This document shows positions 1-9,688 of a DNA stretch of 64,000 bases, in pieces (within the stretch, counting starts at the first letter, position 1; each line of letters starts with the position of its first letter). The DNA comes from Oscillospiraceae bacterium (lineage in GTDB: Bacteria > Bacillota > Clostridia > Oscillospirales > Ruminococcaceae). The stretch spans positions 9,032-73,031 of the forward strand of contig JAZURJ010000035.1 in assembly GCA_045606085.1 (NCBI GenBank), written 5' to 3'. A model generated the notes under the pieces. That model was not told the origin of the DNA and did no database searches. It saw only the letters and a list, made by a program, of their open reading frames with translations. Position numbers and translations under genes: made by a program.

Positions 1-533
1 TGCTGGACCTGATGCTTCCGAAAAAAAGCGGCGAGGAGCTAATAAAGGAATTGCGTAGATACTCTGATGTTCCTGTCATCGTGTTGTCTGCCCGCTCAAT
101 GCTGGAAACACGTCTTGAAATGCTCCGTCTTGGTGCGGATGACTACATATTAAAGCCATTCGATCTGAATGAAGTGCTTGTGCGTATTCAGGTGGTGCTG
201 CGAAGAAGCGGCACGGCTGCTGCGACAGATGAGCTGACCTGTGATGGTCTTGTGCTGAACAAGAACGATAAAAGCGTTTCCTATAACGGCACGGCGATCT
301 CACTTACAGCAAAGGAGCTTATGCTCCTGCAGCTTTTTATGGAGAACCCGAAAAAAGTTTTTTCAAAGGCTAATCTATACGAATCTGTGTGGAACGACAC
401 ATATTATTATGAGGACAACACTATAAACGTCCATGTCAGCAACCTGCGAAGCAAGCTTAAAAAAGCATCAGGCAGGGACTACATCGAAACGGTATGGGGC
501 ATCGGTTACAGACTCAGGGAGGAACAGGAATGA
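1..533 (+). CDS. OmpR/PhoB-family response regulator, 5' end cut by window edge
   Basis: ORF 12..533 is open to base 1. Receiver-domain tail (PVIVLSARS, GADDYILKPF) is followed by winged-helix effector motifs (INVHVSNLRSKL, ETVWGIGYRL). Confidence 0.9.
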   Translation, partial: LDLMLPKKSGEELIKELRRYSDVPVIVLSARSMLETRLEMLRLGADDYILKPFDLNEVLVRIQVVLRRSGTAAATDELTCDGLVLNKNDKSVSYNGTAISLTAKELMLLQLFMENPKKVFSKANLYESVWNDTYYYEDNTINVHVSNLRSKLKKASGRDYIETVWGIGYRLREEQE

Positions 534-1444
534 TGGTGTATTTCCTTTGGATAGCCTGTATCCTGCTGCTTTGCGTCTGCGTTTATCTGTCGATAAAGCT
601 CTACTCCATCAAGAAACAGCTTCGCGGGATGAAGGCGGAGCTTCCGCTGACAAAACAAAAAGGATACAACAGGCAGCTTACGGTCGCACTGATCGACAAG
701 GATGTTACCGCACTTGCCGCCGAAACGAACAGAAATCTTGATTTCCAGAAGCAGCTCAAGCTTAAAACAGAGGAGATCGAAAGGAATATGAAACGCTCTG
801 TTTCGGATATCGCACACGATCTGCGTACGCCGCTCACAGTTATCAACGGAAATCTGCAGATGCTGGAAAGCAGCGAACAGCTTTCAGCCAAAGGCAGGGA
901 GCAGGTTCGTATATGTATGTCAAAAACGGAATTGATGAAGCAGATGGCTGACGACTTTTTTGAGCTTTCTCTGCTGGAGAGCGACAATACCGATGTGAAG
1001 CTATCACGCACTGATCTCACTTCGGTGCTGGTGGAATTCATACTCGACAGCGAGGCTGTGATAACCTGCAGCGGCACCGAGCCTGACATCTGCATCCCCG
1101 AAAAAAGCCTGTACATCATGGCTGACGCCACGTTGCTTCAAAGGATGCTCAGCAACCTGCTGAACAACATACTGAAGCACAGCAAAGGGAGCTTCATGCT
1201 CTCGCTTGCCGAGGAGGATGATGGCATCAGGCTGACCTTTGCAAATCCCGTCAGACCTGACCAGACACTTGATGTTCAGCGGCTGTTTGACCGCACATAC
1301 CGCGGTGACAAGTCAAGACATGGCAGCGGTGCAGGACTTGGTCTGTATATAGTAAAGCTGCTGGCGGAAATACAGAATGCCACTGTTTCAGCCGCTGTTT
1401 CAGGCGATATACTCAGCATTTCGATACTGTTTTCAAAAGCATAA
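530..1444 (+). CDS. Sensor histidine kinase with one N-terminal TM helix and no extracytoplasmic sensor domain
   Basis: H-box SDIAHDLRTPLT, N-box LLNNILKHS, G-box HGSGAGLGLYIV. The ATG at 530 overlaps the regulator stop (ATGA) and is in frame with ORF 494..1444. Confidence 0.9.
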   Translation: MMVYFLWIACILLLCVCVYLSIKLYSIKKQLRGMKAELPLTKQKGYNRQLTVALIDKDVTALAAETNRNLDFQKQLKLKTEEIERNMKRSVSDIAHDLRTPLTVINGNLQMLESSEQLSAKGREQVRICMSKTELMKQMADDFFELSLLESDNTDVKLSRTDLTSVLVEFILDSEAVITCSGTEPDICIPEKSLYIMADATLLQRMLSNLLNNILKHSKGSFMLSLAEEDDGIRLTFANPVRPDQTLDVQRLFDRTYRGDKSRHGSGAGLGLYIVKLLAEIQNATVSAAVSGDILSISILFSKA

Positions 1445-1448
1445 ATAG

Positions 1449-1480
1449 CCCCCGCTCGATAAGAGCGGGGAAATTTTTTG
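1449..1480 (+). terminator. Rho-independent terminator after the two-component genes
   Basis: Stem CCCCCGCTC / GAGCGGGG with loop GATAA, followed by AAATTTTTTG. Confidence 0.75.
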
Positions 1481-1559
1481 ATTTTTCAGAATTATTTAAG
1501 AAATTCTTTAACATTTGATCTTAGAATAGATATCGTAAGATAATTTTAGGAGGCTTATT

Positions 1560-2483
1560 ATGTCTGAAATAATCATTCAAACAAAAGGTCTGGAAAAACA
1601 GTACATGAAACAGAAGGCGGTAAAAAACGCAGATCTCGCCATAAAAGAGGGCATGATCTGCGGTCTTATCGGTCCTAACGGTGCAGGCAAGACTACTATA
1701 ATGAAGATGCTCGGTGGTCTTGTTCTCCCGACAGACGGCAGCATAGAGCTGTTCGGAGGAAGCAGCGAGGATGAGCTTGCAAAGGCACGCTCACGCATGA
1801 GCTTTATCATCGAAACGCCATATGCAAAGGAAAAGATGACCGCACGCGAAAATCTCGAAAAGCAGCGTATCCAGAAAGGTATCCCAGACAAGAACCGTGT
1901 GAAAGAGGTGCTGGAGCTGGTAGGTCTTACGGATACCGGCAGAAAGCCTGTAAAGGCATTCTCGCTCGGCATGAGGCAGCGTCTTGGTATTGCAAATGCA
2001 CTGCTGACAAAGCCCGAGATCATGATACTGGACGAGCCGACAAACGGTCTTGACCCTGAAGGCATCGTAGAGATACGAGAGTTGCTGCTGAAGCTGAACC
2101 GCGAGGAGCACATCACAATACTGATCTCCTCACATATCCTCAGCGAGCTTTCTCTGCTTTGCACAGATTACATCTTCATCAACAAGGGCGAGATATCACA
2201 GTTCGTATCCGCAAATGAACTCAAGCGTATCTGCAAGGAGTATTTCCTCATCGATACCGACAACAACTCTCTTGCTGCGGCTGTTCTTCAGGACAAACTG
2301 GGAATCACACAGTTCGATGTTGACAAGGATGGCTCCATACATCTGTATGAACATCTTGATGATATCCACAGCATCTCTAAAACACTGTTTGAAAACGGCA
2401 TCGTGCCTGTGGGACTTTCCCTGCATGAGGCTAACCTGGAAAAGTATTACATGAACATGGTGGGCGGTGAGCAGGATGAATAA
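1560..2483 (+). CDS. ABC transporter ATP-binding protein, lantibiotic-protection (LanF/MutF-like) type
   Basis: Walker A GPNGAGKTT, signature FSLGMRQRLG, Walker B MILDEPTNGLD. AGGAGG lies 8 nt upstream. Two ~250-aa ABC-2 permeases follow. Confidence 0.9.
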   Translation: MSEIIIQTKGLEKQYMKQKAVKNADLAIKEGMICGLIGPNGAGKTTIMKMLGGLVLPTDGSIELFGGSSEDELAKARSRMSFIIETPYAKEKMTARENLEKQRIQKGIPDKNRVKEVLELVGLTDTGRKPVKAFSLGMRQRLGIANALLTKPEIMILDEPTNGLDPEGIVEIRELLLKLNREEHITILISSHILSELSLLCTDYIFINKGEISQFVSANELKRICKEYFLIDTDNNSLAAAVLQDKLGITQFDVDKDGSIHLYEHLDDIHSISKTLFENGIVPVGLSLHEANLEKYYMNMVGGEQDE

Positions 2484-3270
2484 TCTGATAAGATCCCAGA
2501 ACTATCAGCTCTGGCGTGACAACTACATGATACTGGTGATGCTTGGCATAGCTGCGATATCCGTACTTAACATCGTGCTCACTCTCATGAATAATAACTC
2601 ATTGGATTCCCTGAACGGCGGAACATATACAGCATTCACCATCAGCACATATGCGATCTTATATCTTGGTATATCACTTGCGTTTTCCAGCAGGATATGC
2701 GGCTGGGATTTCACCGACAAAACGCTGAATTACGAGATACTTGCAGGTCACAAACGCTCCACGATATTCTGGAGCAGAACACTTCTTACATTCGCCTGGG
2801 TATTCATCACCTGTGCGATCGTCACTGTACTCCCTATCGGCGGTGTTACCCTTTTCACGGGCTGGGGCTATAACCTCAGTATCGGCGGTACACTCGTGAG
2901 ATTTGGTCTGGGACTGCTGATAACACTGAGGCTCACCTGCTTCTTCATATTCCTGTCGTTTGTATTCAAAAACTGCTACCTGACACTGTTCATCGGATAT
3001 CTTTCATTCATGGTGGGTACTGTTTCCATGCTGATTGAAGTATTCGTCAAGGATTTCAAGGTCACTTATCAAATTGCTTTCAATAACTACCTGATCATAA
3101 TGGATCTCAGCAATTATAAGCTCGGCTACGTAGAGGGCGAAGATATCGTACAGTTCATCACAACACTGGAACCCGATCTGCTCATTGGCACTATAGTTTG
3201 CTCCGTCGTAATGAGCGTTGTTTATCTGCTGCTGGGATATACCATATTCCGCAAGAGCGATATTCACTGA
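2476..3270 (+). CDS. ABC-2 type permease (LanE/MutE-like), polytopic membrane protein
   Basis: ORF 2467..3270 overlaps the ATPase stop. ATG at 2476 is preferred (GTG 2467 is an alternative). About 6 hydrophobic segments. Shares the motif WDFTDKTLNYEILAGHKR with its downstream paralogue (DFNDKTANYELLNGHKR). Confidence 0.8.
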   Translation: MNNLIRSQNYQLWRDNYMILVMLGIAAISVLNIVLTLMNNNSLDSLNGGTYTAFTISTYAILYLGISLAFSSRICGWDFTDKTLNYEILAGHKRSTIFWSRTLLTFAWVFITCAIVTVLPIGGVTLFTGWGYNLSIGGTLVRFGLGLLITLRLTCFFIFLSFVFKNCYLTLFIGYLSFMVGTVSMLIEVFVKDFKVTYQIAFNNYLIIMDLSNYKLGYVEGEDIVQFITTLEPDLLIGTIVCSVVMSVVYLLLGYTIFRKSDIH

Positions 3271-3283
3271 AAGGAGAGCAGAC

Positions 3284-4054
3284 ATGAAAAATATAATGAA
3301 AGCTCAGCTCTTTCAGCTGAAAAAGGAACGGTTATCATTTATAGTTCTGTTTGCTGTATTTGCCATGCTGATGTACGAAGCATGGTTCACTGACTATGCC
3401 ATGAAAGGCGAAATCAGCGGTGGTGTATTCTTTGTAGACAGTATCGCTATGATCGTACAGATTTTGCAGCTTCCTGTACTTATGCTGGTGGGACAGATGT
3501 GCGTCGGAGATTTCAACGACAAGACTGCAAACTATGAGCTGCTGAATGGCCATAAACGCTGGGAGGTATATCTCGGACGAGCTGTTCCCTGCATCATCGT
3601 GAACATGATGATCACACTTCTGGTCATCACAGCACCCGTCATCTTCATGACTATACTGGCAGGCTGGGGCGGAGAAGTCATGCTCCCGCACTTTTTCATG
3701 AGACTGGGGCTGATAATGCTTGTACAGCTTCGTATCATATGTATGTTCGTATTCTTCAGCTTCCTTGTAAAAAACCATTATATCGTTATGGGCCTTGGCT
3801 ATGGTTACTTCGCACTTCAGCTCTCGGGCCTGTTCTCAGAAGTGTCCTCGCCTGTACTCAGCATAACAAATCACAATATGCTTTTTGGAATGGGCGGCTG
3901 GTACACCTACGGCATTGAGGATGCGGTAAACCTTACATACGACCTGACGCTCACCGCCCCTGAGATAGCAGGCACAGTGACAGCTTCACTGGGCGTAGCC
4001 GCTGCAACTCTGGTGCTTGGCTATGTGTTCTTCAGGAACGATGATATGAACTGA
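3284..4054 (+). CDS. ABC-2 type permease (LanG/MutG-like), paralogue of the preceding gene
   Basis: ATG at 3284 is preceded by AAAGGAGAG, inside ORF 3218..4054. Polytopic, with the shared DKTxNYExLxGHKR motif. Confidence 0.8.
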   Translation: MKNIMKAQLFQLKKERLSFIVLFAVFAMLMYEAWFTDYAMKGEISGGVFFVDSIAMIVQILQLPVLMLVGQMCVGDFNDKTANYELLNGHKRWEVYLGRAVPCIIVNMMITLLVITAPVIFMTILAGWGGEVMLPHFFMRLGLIMLVQLRIICMFVFFSFLVKNHYIVMGLGYGYFALQLSGLFSEVSSPVLSITNHNMLFGMGGWYTYGIEDAVNLTYDLTLTAPEIAGTVTASLGVAAATLVLGYVFFRNDDMN

Positions 4055-4070
4055 GAAACGAGGCAGATTA

Positions 4071-5717
4071 ATGGAAAAGATAGATATCATACATACGATA
4101 ATACAGCTTCTTTTTACAGTAACACTGTATTTCCTTGCTGGATATGCGGCAAAAGCCAAAAGCAACAAGTGGAGATTGGCATACTTCATCCCGCTGCTGA
4201 TATGTGCACTTGTGATGGGATACGGCGGAATCGATATATGTATGCTAGGCGTCTACATCGGACCGGTAGTGCTTATGGCAGGCTTTGTGAAGGATAATGA
4301 AAAAATAAGAAAGATCGCCTGCGTTATCGCCGCATTGTGTATCTCCACCGCTGTTCCTGCGTGCATATTTTCCCCGACCTACCGTGCTGTGGACTATGTG
4401 GAGGATTTCGAAGCAGGCTTCCGCTCCATGAAGCAGCATTATGTACTGGCTGAACACAAGGATATTGACTGGGATTCGCTGTACGACGAATATCTCCCCA
4501 TGTTTGAGGATGCAAACCGAAATCGCGACGAAGTTGCAAACTACATAACATGGATGAGATTTACAGCAGAATTCCATGATGGTCACGTGGGATTTAGTCC
4601 CGCAGAGGTCGCTATACACGATGAGGCACTTGAGCTTCTATGCGGAAACGACTACGGTTTATCACTGATGCAGCTTTCAGACAGCAGTTTTGTGGCGGTA
4701 AATGTGGAGCCTGACAGTGCTCTCACCGAAGCAGGAATCAGGAACGGTACTGTCATTACCCGCTGGGACGGAACGAGCATCATGGAAGCCGCCGAGAAAT
4801 CAGAAGCTTTCGGCGTTTTGCTCAGCCACGCTGACCTCGACAATGAGAACTTCTACAAACCTTTGTATGCGGCTGGTGTCGGAGGTGACACAGTCGAGGT
4901 GAGTTACATCGCAGACGATGGCAGCGAAAAAACGATCACCCTTGAAAAAACAGGCAGCTATTTCACGCGTCTTGAAAGCACACTGAATATACTGAACAAG
5001 GGAGTTGACGCAGGAAATCTTCAGTGGACACAGGTGAGTGATGACACCGCCTGCCTGCGTATCAAATCAATGATGAGTACCACAAAGGAAGAAGCTGCCG
5101 GTACATATGACCTTATGAAGCGAAGCATTATGGATGAGTTGGCAGCATACGAAGCACTCGGCTGTGACAAGCTGGTGATCGATCTTCGTGAAAACGGTGG
5201 CGGCTCGGGTCTGATGGTAAAGTCGATCGCTGAGCTGTTCGCTCCTGTCGGAGAGCACTACTACTGCACGGATGCTCTATGGGATGCAGATGAGGGCAGC
5301 TATGCGACCGACACCGAAACAGGCGCCTACATAAAGGGCAAGGATAACAACTACATCGGCGAAGATATCTGGAAGGGCAAGCCCATCGTACTGCTTGTCA
5401 ATGCACACAGTGCAAGTGCTGCAGACCATCTCACCGAGGTGATGAGCGAATTTAAAAACGTCACAGTTATGGGCTTTACAGAACCGAACGGCTCCGCACA
5501 GGGTGTCAACGGTGAATATCTCATGACAGGTACTTTGTCATTTTCCTCCGCTCTTCTGCTGGATGAAAACGGTGAAATATTCATCGATGCGGGTGTTGAA
5601 CGTGAGAGCGGTAACGACATCGATATACGTATCCCCTTTGACAGCAACGCTGTTGAAGCCATCTTCACAAACGAAGAAGACTATGTTCTGAACTACGCAC
5701 TGGATTATATGAAATAA
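4071..5717 (+). CDS. Membrane-anchored S41-family (C-terminal processing / NSR-like) serine peptidase
   Basis: About 3 N-terminal hydrophobic helices, a PDZ-like stretch (GIRNGTVITRWDG), and the S41 serine motif region PIVLLVNAHSASAADHL. Starts 17 nt after the permease stop. Confidence 0.75.
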   Translation: MEKIDIIHTIIQLLFTVTLYFLAGYAAKAKSNKWRLAYFIPLLICALVMGYGGIDICMLGVYIGPVVLMAGFVKDNEKIRKIACVIAALCISTAVPACIFSPTYRAVDYVEDFEAGFRSMKQHYVLAEHKDIDWDSLYDEYLPMFEDANRNRDEVANYITWMRFTAEFHDGHVGFSPAEVAIHDEALELLCGNDYGLSLMQLSDSSFVAVNVEPDSALTEAGIRNGTVITRWDGTSIMEAAEKSEAFGVLLSHADLDNENFYKPLYAAGVGGDTVEVSYIADDGSEKTITLEKTGSYFTRLESTLNILNKGVDAGNLQWTQVSDDTACLRIKSMMSTTKEEAAGTYDLMKRSIMDELAAYEALGCDKLVIDLRENGGGSGLMVKSIAELFAPVGEHYYCTDALWDADEGSYATDTETGAYIKGKDNNYIGEDIWKGKPIVLLVNAHSASAADHLTEVMSEFKNVTVMGFTEPNGSAQGVNGEYLMTGTLSFSSALLLDENGEIFIDAGVERESGNDIDIRIPFDSNAVEAIFTNEEDYVLNYALDYMK

Positions 5718-5721
5718 CAGA

Positions 5722-5757
5722 AATACCGCTGTCGGTGATAAGACAGCGGTATTTGTT
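5722..5757. terminator. Bidirectional terminator between convergent genes
   Basis: Stem AATACCGCTGTC / GACAGCGGTATT, with T-rich tracts on both strands. Confidence 0.8.
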
Positions 5758-6625
5758 ATAATTCCAGTTCACGGCGGATAAGTCCCGTCATTATCGTGGT
5801 GTTGAGCGTCATTGCGTCGATCGGATAGATATCACGGATATATCCGTGCCAGTAACGATCCTTAAAGTCGGCTACGATATCTTCCGCCGTCTTCCCTGCC
5901 CTGATACGCTCTGCAAAGAAATCACAGGCGTCCACAGCACACTGATACGCATTCCCGAGATAGAATTCTGTCTGTTCTTCATCAAGCAGACCGAGATGCG
6001 GTGCTACGACCTGTTTTACAGGCAGCGACATCATCCTTCGGATGGAAGCCAATGCTGCACTGTAACTTACAAGATAAGACGGGAGGATGCTTTTTTCTCC
6101 GTCATAAACACCTGTGGTCTCGCAGGCAAGGAGAAGCTGCTTTTCTTCGCAGTAAAACGCCACAGAGCATTTCGTGTGTCCCGGCATATTGAGTACAGTG
6201 AAGCTCATATCCCCTGCCTTTACCACATCGCCGTCCTCGCGCGGGATATCCACACGCAGCTCATCACCGAGGAATTCATAGTCGGTAACTCCGCATTTTG
6301 CGGCGAATTTCGCATCCAGATCCTTCATCACTGCTTTTGCACCCTCTCGAGGGAAGATGCTTGCGGCATAGCTGCCTGCAACGACTTTCGCTTTCGGATA
6401 TCGGCGTAATATGTATGCACTGCCGAGAGCATGGTCATAATGTGAGTGTGTGAGAAAAATATAATCCAGCTTCCTCTCGCCGAGCACATCGCATATCTTA
6501 TCAGCAACGGAATAGCCTGTAAAGCCAAAACCTGTGTCATAAAGAATGGAGGTCTTTCCGTCATCCAGCAGAAAGGCACTGTCGCCCGGCTGGACACGGA
6601 CATCTGTTATCGTAATATCGTTCAT
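5756..6625 (-). CDS. MBL-fold metallo-hydrolase
   Basis: Metal-binding motif FLTHSHYDHALG and a later NMPGHT. RBS AGAGG lies upstream on the minus strand. Confidence 0.85.
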   Translation of the reverse strand: MNDITITDVRVQPGDSAFLLDDGKTSILYDTGFGFTGYSVADKICDVLGERKLDYIFLTHSHYDHALGSAYILRRYPKAKVVAGSYAASIFPREGAKAVMKDLDAKFAAKCGVTDYEFLGDELRVDIPREDGDVVKAGDMSFTVLNMPGHTKCSVAFYCEEKQLLLACETTGVYDGEKSILPSYLVSYSAALASIRRMMSLPVKQVVAPHLGLLDEEQTEFYLGNAYQCAVDACDFFAERIRAGKTAEDIVADFKDRYWHGYIRDIYPIDAMTLNTTIMTGLIRRELEL

Positions 6626-6721
6626 TGTATCGCCTCTTGAAATGAAATCAATATATTATAACTCTTTTCGTCAAAAAAAGCAAGCAGCAGGTAAATATAT
6701 GGTATAATTCAATGAAACAAC

Positions 6722-6750
6722 TTGACAAAGAGAAAGAACAAGTATAGAAT
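6722..6750 (+). promoter_or_regulatory. Sigma-A type promoter for the AI-2E transporter gene
   Basis: TTGACA, 17 nt, TAGAAT. Confidence 0.6.
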
Positions 6751-6785
6751 ATATGTATATAATTATATCGTTGTGAGGTAACAAA

Positions 6786-8075
6786 ATGCAAACCATCAAA
6801 TGGAAGACCTGCTTCAGATTAGGATTAAGTGTGGTGCTGGTATATCTGTGTATCTATTACTGGTCATATGTTTCAGGCTTCTTGTCGTCGCTGCTTTCAG
6901 CACTGATACCCCTTGTCATCGGATTCTGCATCGCATATCCGCTGAACATCCTGATGACATACTATGAAAGACTCTACTTCCCAAAATCAGAGAAGAAGTT
7001 CGTATTAAAGACACGCCGCGGCGTTTCCCTTGTATTTGCACTGATAACACTGGTCGCTATACTCGGTCTTGTCATATGGCTGGTGCTCCCACAGCTCGGT
7101 GAATGTATAAATCTGCTGATCGACAAATTTCCTGCCGCTATGCAGAAGATCGTTGAGCTTCTTGAAAAGACTGGCATAGTTCCCGAAGATATCATCGCAA
7201 CGCTATCGACCGTTGACTGGCAGTCTAAGCTTGGAGAGATCGCAAAGATACTGACATCCGGTCTCGGAAGTGCGATGAATATCGTAATAACCACCGTTTC
7301 GTCAGTAGCATCAACAGTTACTTCGACTGTTATCGGCATCATCTTCGCCGTATATCTCCTTGCAAGCAAGGATACACTCTCTGCTCAGCTCACAAGGCTC
7401 ATGAAAAAGTACATGAAGCCTGCCAAATATGAAAAAACAAGATACCTTATGGACGTTGCCGATGATTCCTTCCACAATTTCATCGTCGGTCAATGTACCG
7501 AGGCAGTTATTCTGGGTCTTCTGTGTACTGTCGGAATGCTGATACTTCAGCTTCCGTATGCTCCGATGATCGGTGTGCTGACAGGCTTCACATCGCTCAT
7601 ACCCGTTGTCGGACCGCTTATCGGCGGTGCTGTGGGTGCTATACTGATACTCACACAATCCCCCGTTCAGGCTCTGATATTCCTGATCTTCATCGTAGTT
7701 CTCCAGCAGGTAGAAGGTAATTTCATATATCCCAAGGTCGTTGGTTCTTCCGTCGGTCTTCCCGGTATCTGGGTGCTGGCTGCAGTAACCATCGGTGCAG
7801 GCGTTGGCGGTATCCTCGGCGTACTTCTCGGAGTACCCGTGGCATCCATCATTTACAGGCTGATACGTGAGGATCTCAACAAGCCCGCGAAGGCTCCCAT
7901 TCCTGCAACCACCAAAAACGAAAACACACAGCAGGAAACAACGAAAACCGACGCTGCTCCGATACAGGAACAGGTGCAGCCCAAAACAGAAGCAAAGCAG
8001 GAAAGCAAGCCTGCCCCCAAGAACACCCCCGCTCCCAAAAAGAATTATCCTCAGAAAAAACGAGGCAGAAAATAA
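6786..8075 (+). CDS. AI-2E family (PerM/UPF0118) transporter with a long K/P/T/Q-rich C-terminal tail
   Basis: Polytopic. Family-typical block LQQVEGNFIYPKVVGSSVGLP. The last ~70 aa are low complexity. Confidence 0.85.
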   Translation: MQTIKWKTCFRLGLSVVLVYLCIYYWSYVSGFLSSLLSALIPLVIGFCIAYPLNILMTYYERLYFPKSEKKFVLKTRRGVSLVFALITLVAILGLVIWLVLPQLGECINLLIDKFPAAMQKIVELLEKTGIVPEDIIATLSTVDWQSKLGEIAKILTSGLGSAMNIVITTVSSVASTVTSTVIGIIFAVYLLASKDTLSAQLTRLMKKYMKPAKYEKTRYLMDVADDSFHNFIVGQCTEAVILGLLCTVGMLILQLPYAPMIGVLTGFTSLIPVVGPLIGGAVGAILILTQSPVQALIFLIFIVVLQQVEGNFIYPKVVGSSVGLPGIWVLAAVTIGAGVGGILGVLLGVPVASIIYRLIREDLNKPAKAPIPATTKNENTQQETTKTDAAPIQEQVQPKTEAKQESKPAPKNTPAPKKNYPQKKRGRK

Positions 8076-8080
8076 ACATC

Positions 8081-8107
8081 AGACCACCGCTAACACGGTG
8101 GTCTTTT
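8081..8107 (+). terminator. Rho-independent terminator
   Basis: AGACCACCG / CGGTGGTCT stem followed by TTT. Confidence 0.75.
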
Positions 8108-8112
8108 CGTAT

Positions 8113-8148
8113 ATACAGCAAAGCACGCTGCCTTGCGACAGCGTGCTT
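8113..8148 (-). terminator. Probable terminator of the solute-binding protein gene
   Basis: 10-bp stem AAGCACGCTG / CAGCGTGCTT. The T-tract on the minus strand is weak. Confidence 0.45.
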
Positions 8149-8186
8149 CATAATATTGGAGAGGAACGATTTCCATGAAATTGTCG

Positions 8187-9587
8187 TTATTCTACAAATG
8201 TGCTGAGCTCGCTTTCGATAACGCCCTCGTACTCTGTGCGGAGCTGTGTCCAGCTCTTCTGGTTGTCGCCCTGCTCGAAAGCAAGGTTGATCACCATATC
8301 GTCGAGGATGGTCGTGAGGTTCTGGCTGATACCGCCGTGAACTGTAAGTACCATATTGTAATCAGCTACATTCTCGAAGGATGTAAGGAATTCGTACTGC
8401 TCTTCGCTGTACTGCTTGTCGTTCATGATACTTTCCTTAACGACAGCCTTGAGCTCAGGATCTGTACCGCAGCGACGCATGATATTGATGAAAGCTGCTG
8501 CACCCTTTACGTTCTCGGAGCCCTTGGGTACCATGTAACCAAAGGATGTTGTGCCGTAATAATACTCATCTGCACTGGGATCTCTGGGATAAGGAACAAA
8601 GCCGAACTCATACTCTTTATACAGCTTACAGAAATCGGTGATCTTCCACTGGCCGACGCCGAGGAATGCCACCTTACCGGAAACGAGAGGTGCAGACTCA
8701 TTACTCCACATACCGTCACCGCGAACCGCAAGACCCTCCTTACGGAGATCTGTAAGGAAGTTTGTTGCACGCTCAACTTCGGGTGTGTTCATGTTATTTA
8801 TGATCTTGCTGTCATTGATACCGATGAGAGGCGTGCCTGTGGATGTGATGATATCATGACCAAGCAGACCGTAAACACCACCGACTGCATCGGGATCTCT
8901 GTCCATGAAGTCGATCATTATGCCCTTGAATGTTTCCCATGTCCAGTTGCCCTGATCGTAAAGATCCTTGGGATCATCAAGACCGAGACCATCGAACTTG
9001 GTCTTGTTGTAAATCAGGCAGTTGGGAAGCGCATTAGCTGTAAAGGGATAGTAATAATGGCCGCCGTTGTATGCGTACTGCTCAACCAGTACGTCGTAGC
9101 CTGCCCACTGTGGCTGTGTGAGATCTATGTAGTCGGTAAGATCCTCAAATACGTTCTTGGAGATGAGGTTCGGGAATGTGATGTCTTCCTTATCGAACAG
9201 GTCGGGAGAATCACCGCTGGCGATCAGTGTCTGGAGCTTGTCGATACGCTCGCCCCATGCACACTGCAGGTAATCGATCTTGCCGCCGTAGGTCTCCTCA
9301 AAGAGCTTTACGCCGGGCTTGATATCGCCCGCAACTCTCATATCATAGTGACCGAAATAAACGAGATTAGGGTTCTCAAGTGTTGCGTTCTCAACGAAAT
9401 CCGTAATGTCAACGGGGTTCTGGATATCGTCATCCAGAGTATTTGTTGTTGTGGTAGCAGAGGTCGTGGTGTTAAGACCGCCGGGGGAAGTAGTTGCTCC
9501 GCCCTGAGGCTGTGATTCATCACAAGCTGTAAGGCTGAGAACCATTGCTGCACACAGGGCAGCCGCTGAGATCCTTTTGAAATTCAT
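8187..9587 (-). CDS. Extracellular solute-binding lipoprotein (ABC transporter family 1, sugar-type), no cognate permease genes nearby
   Basis: Lipobox LSLTAC followed by a Thr/Ser-rich linker. A large aromatic-rich SBP-like body. The second ATG (MNFKR) has AAAGGA 8 nt upstream, so it is preferred over 9596. Confidence 0.8.
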   Translation of the reverse strand: MNFKRISAAALCAAMVLSLTACDESQPQGGATTSPGGLNTTTSATTTTNTLDDDIQNPVDITDFVENATLENPNLVYFGHYDMRVAGDIKPGVKLFEETYGGKIDYLQCAWGERIDKLQTLIASGDSPDLFDKEDITFPNLISKNVFEDLTDYIDLTQPQWAGYDVLVEQYAYNGGHYYYPFTANALPNCLIYNKTKFDGLGLDDPKDLYDQGNWTWETFKGIMIDFMDRDPDAVGGVYGLLGHDIITSTGTPLIGINDSKIINNMNTPEVERATNFLTDLRKEGLAVRGDGMWSNESAPLVSGKVAFLGVGQWKITDFCKLYKEYEFGFVPYPRDPSADEYYYGTTSFGYMVPKGSENVKGAAAFINIMRRCGTDPELKAVVKESIMNDKQYSEEQYEFLTSFENVADYNMVLTVHGGISQNLTTILDDMVINLAFEQGDNQKSWTQLRTEYEGVIESELSTFVE

Positions 9588-9659
9588 AATGACCATCCTT
9601 TCAGATAATATTTGATATCGGGTACGCCCCGATACAGAGCACCGTTTCTTACTAATATA

Positions 9660-9688
9660 ATAATATCATTTTTATCGCTCTATTTCAA
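9660..9688 (-). promoter_or_regulatory. Sigma-A type promoter for the solute-binding protein gene
   Basis: Minus strand reads TTGAAA, 17 nt, TATTAT, with TGA just upstream (extended -10). Confidence 0.55.

Noticed and set aside
1481-1559. Loosely repeated TAAGAA/TAGAAT/TAAGAT motifs and a 6-bp inverted repeat AGAATT..AATTCT upstream of the LanFEG-like ABC genes, considered as a response-regulator binding site.
   Set aside because: The spacing is irregular (12-14 nt) and the motifs are short and AT-rich. This is not distinguishable from background by eye, so it is mentioned only as a place to test within the resistance-module finding.
8175-9515. 446-codon ORF antisense to the solute-binding lipoprotein gene.
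   Set aside because: The minus-strand protein has a lipobox and SBP character. The plus-strand product has no motifs and an odd composition. Same mirror-frame effect.
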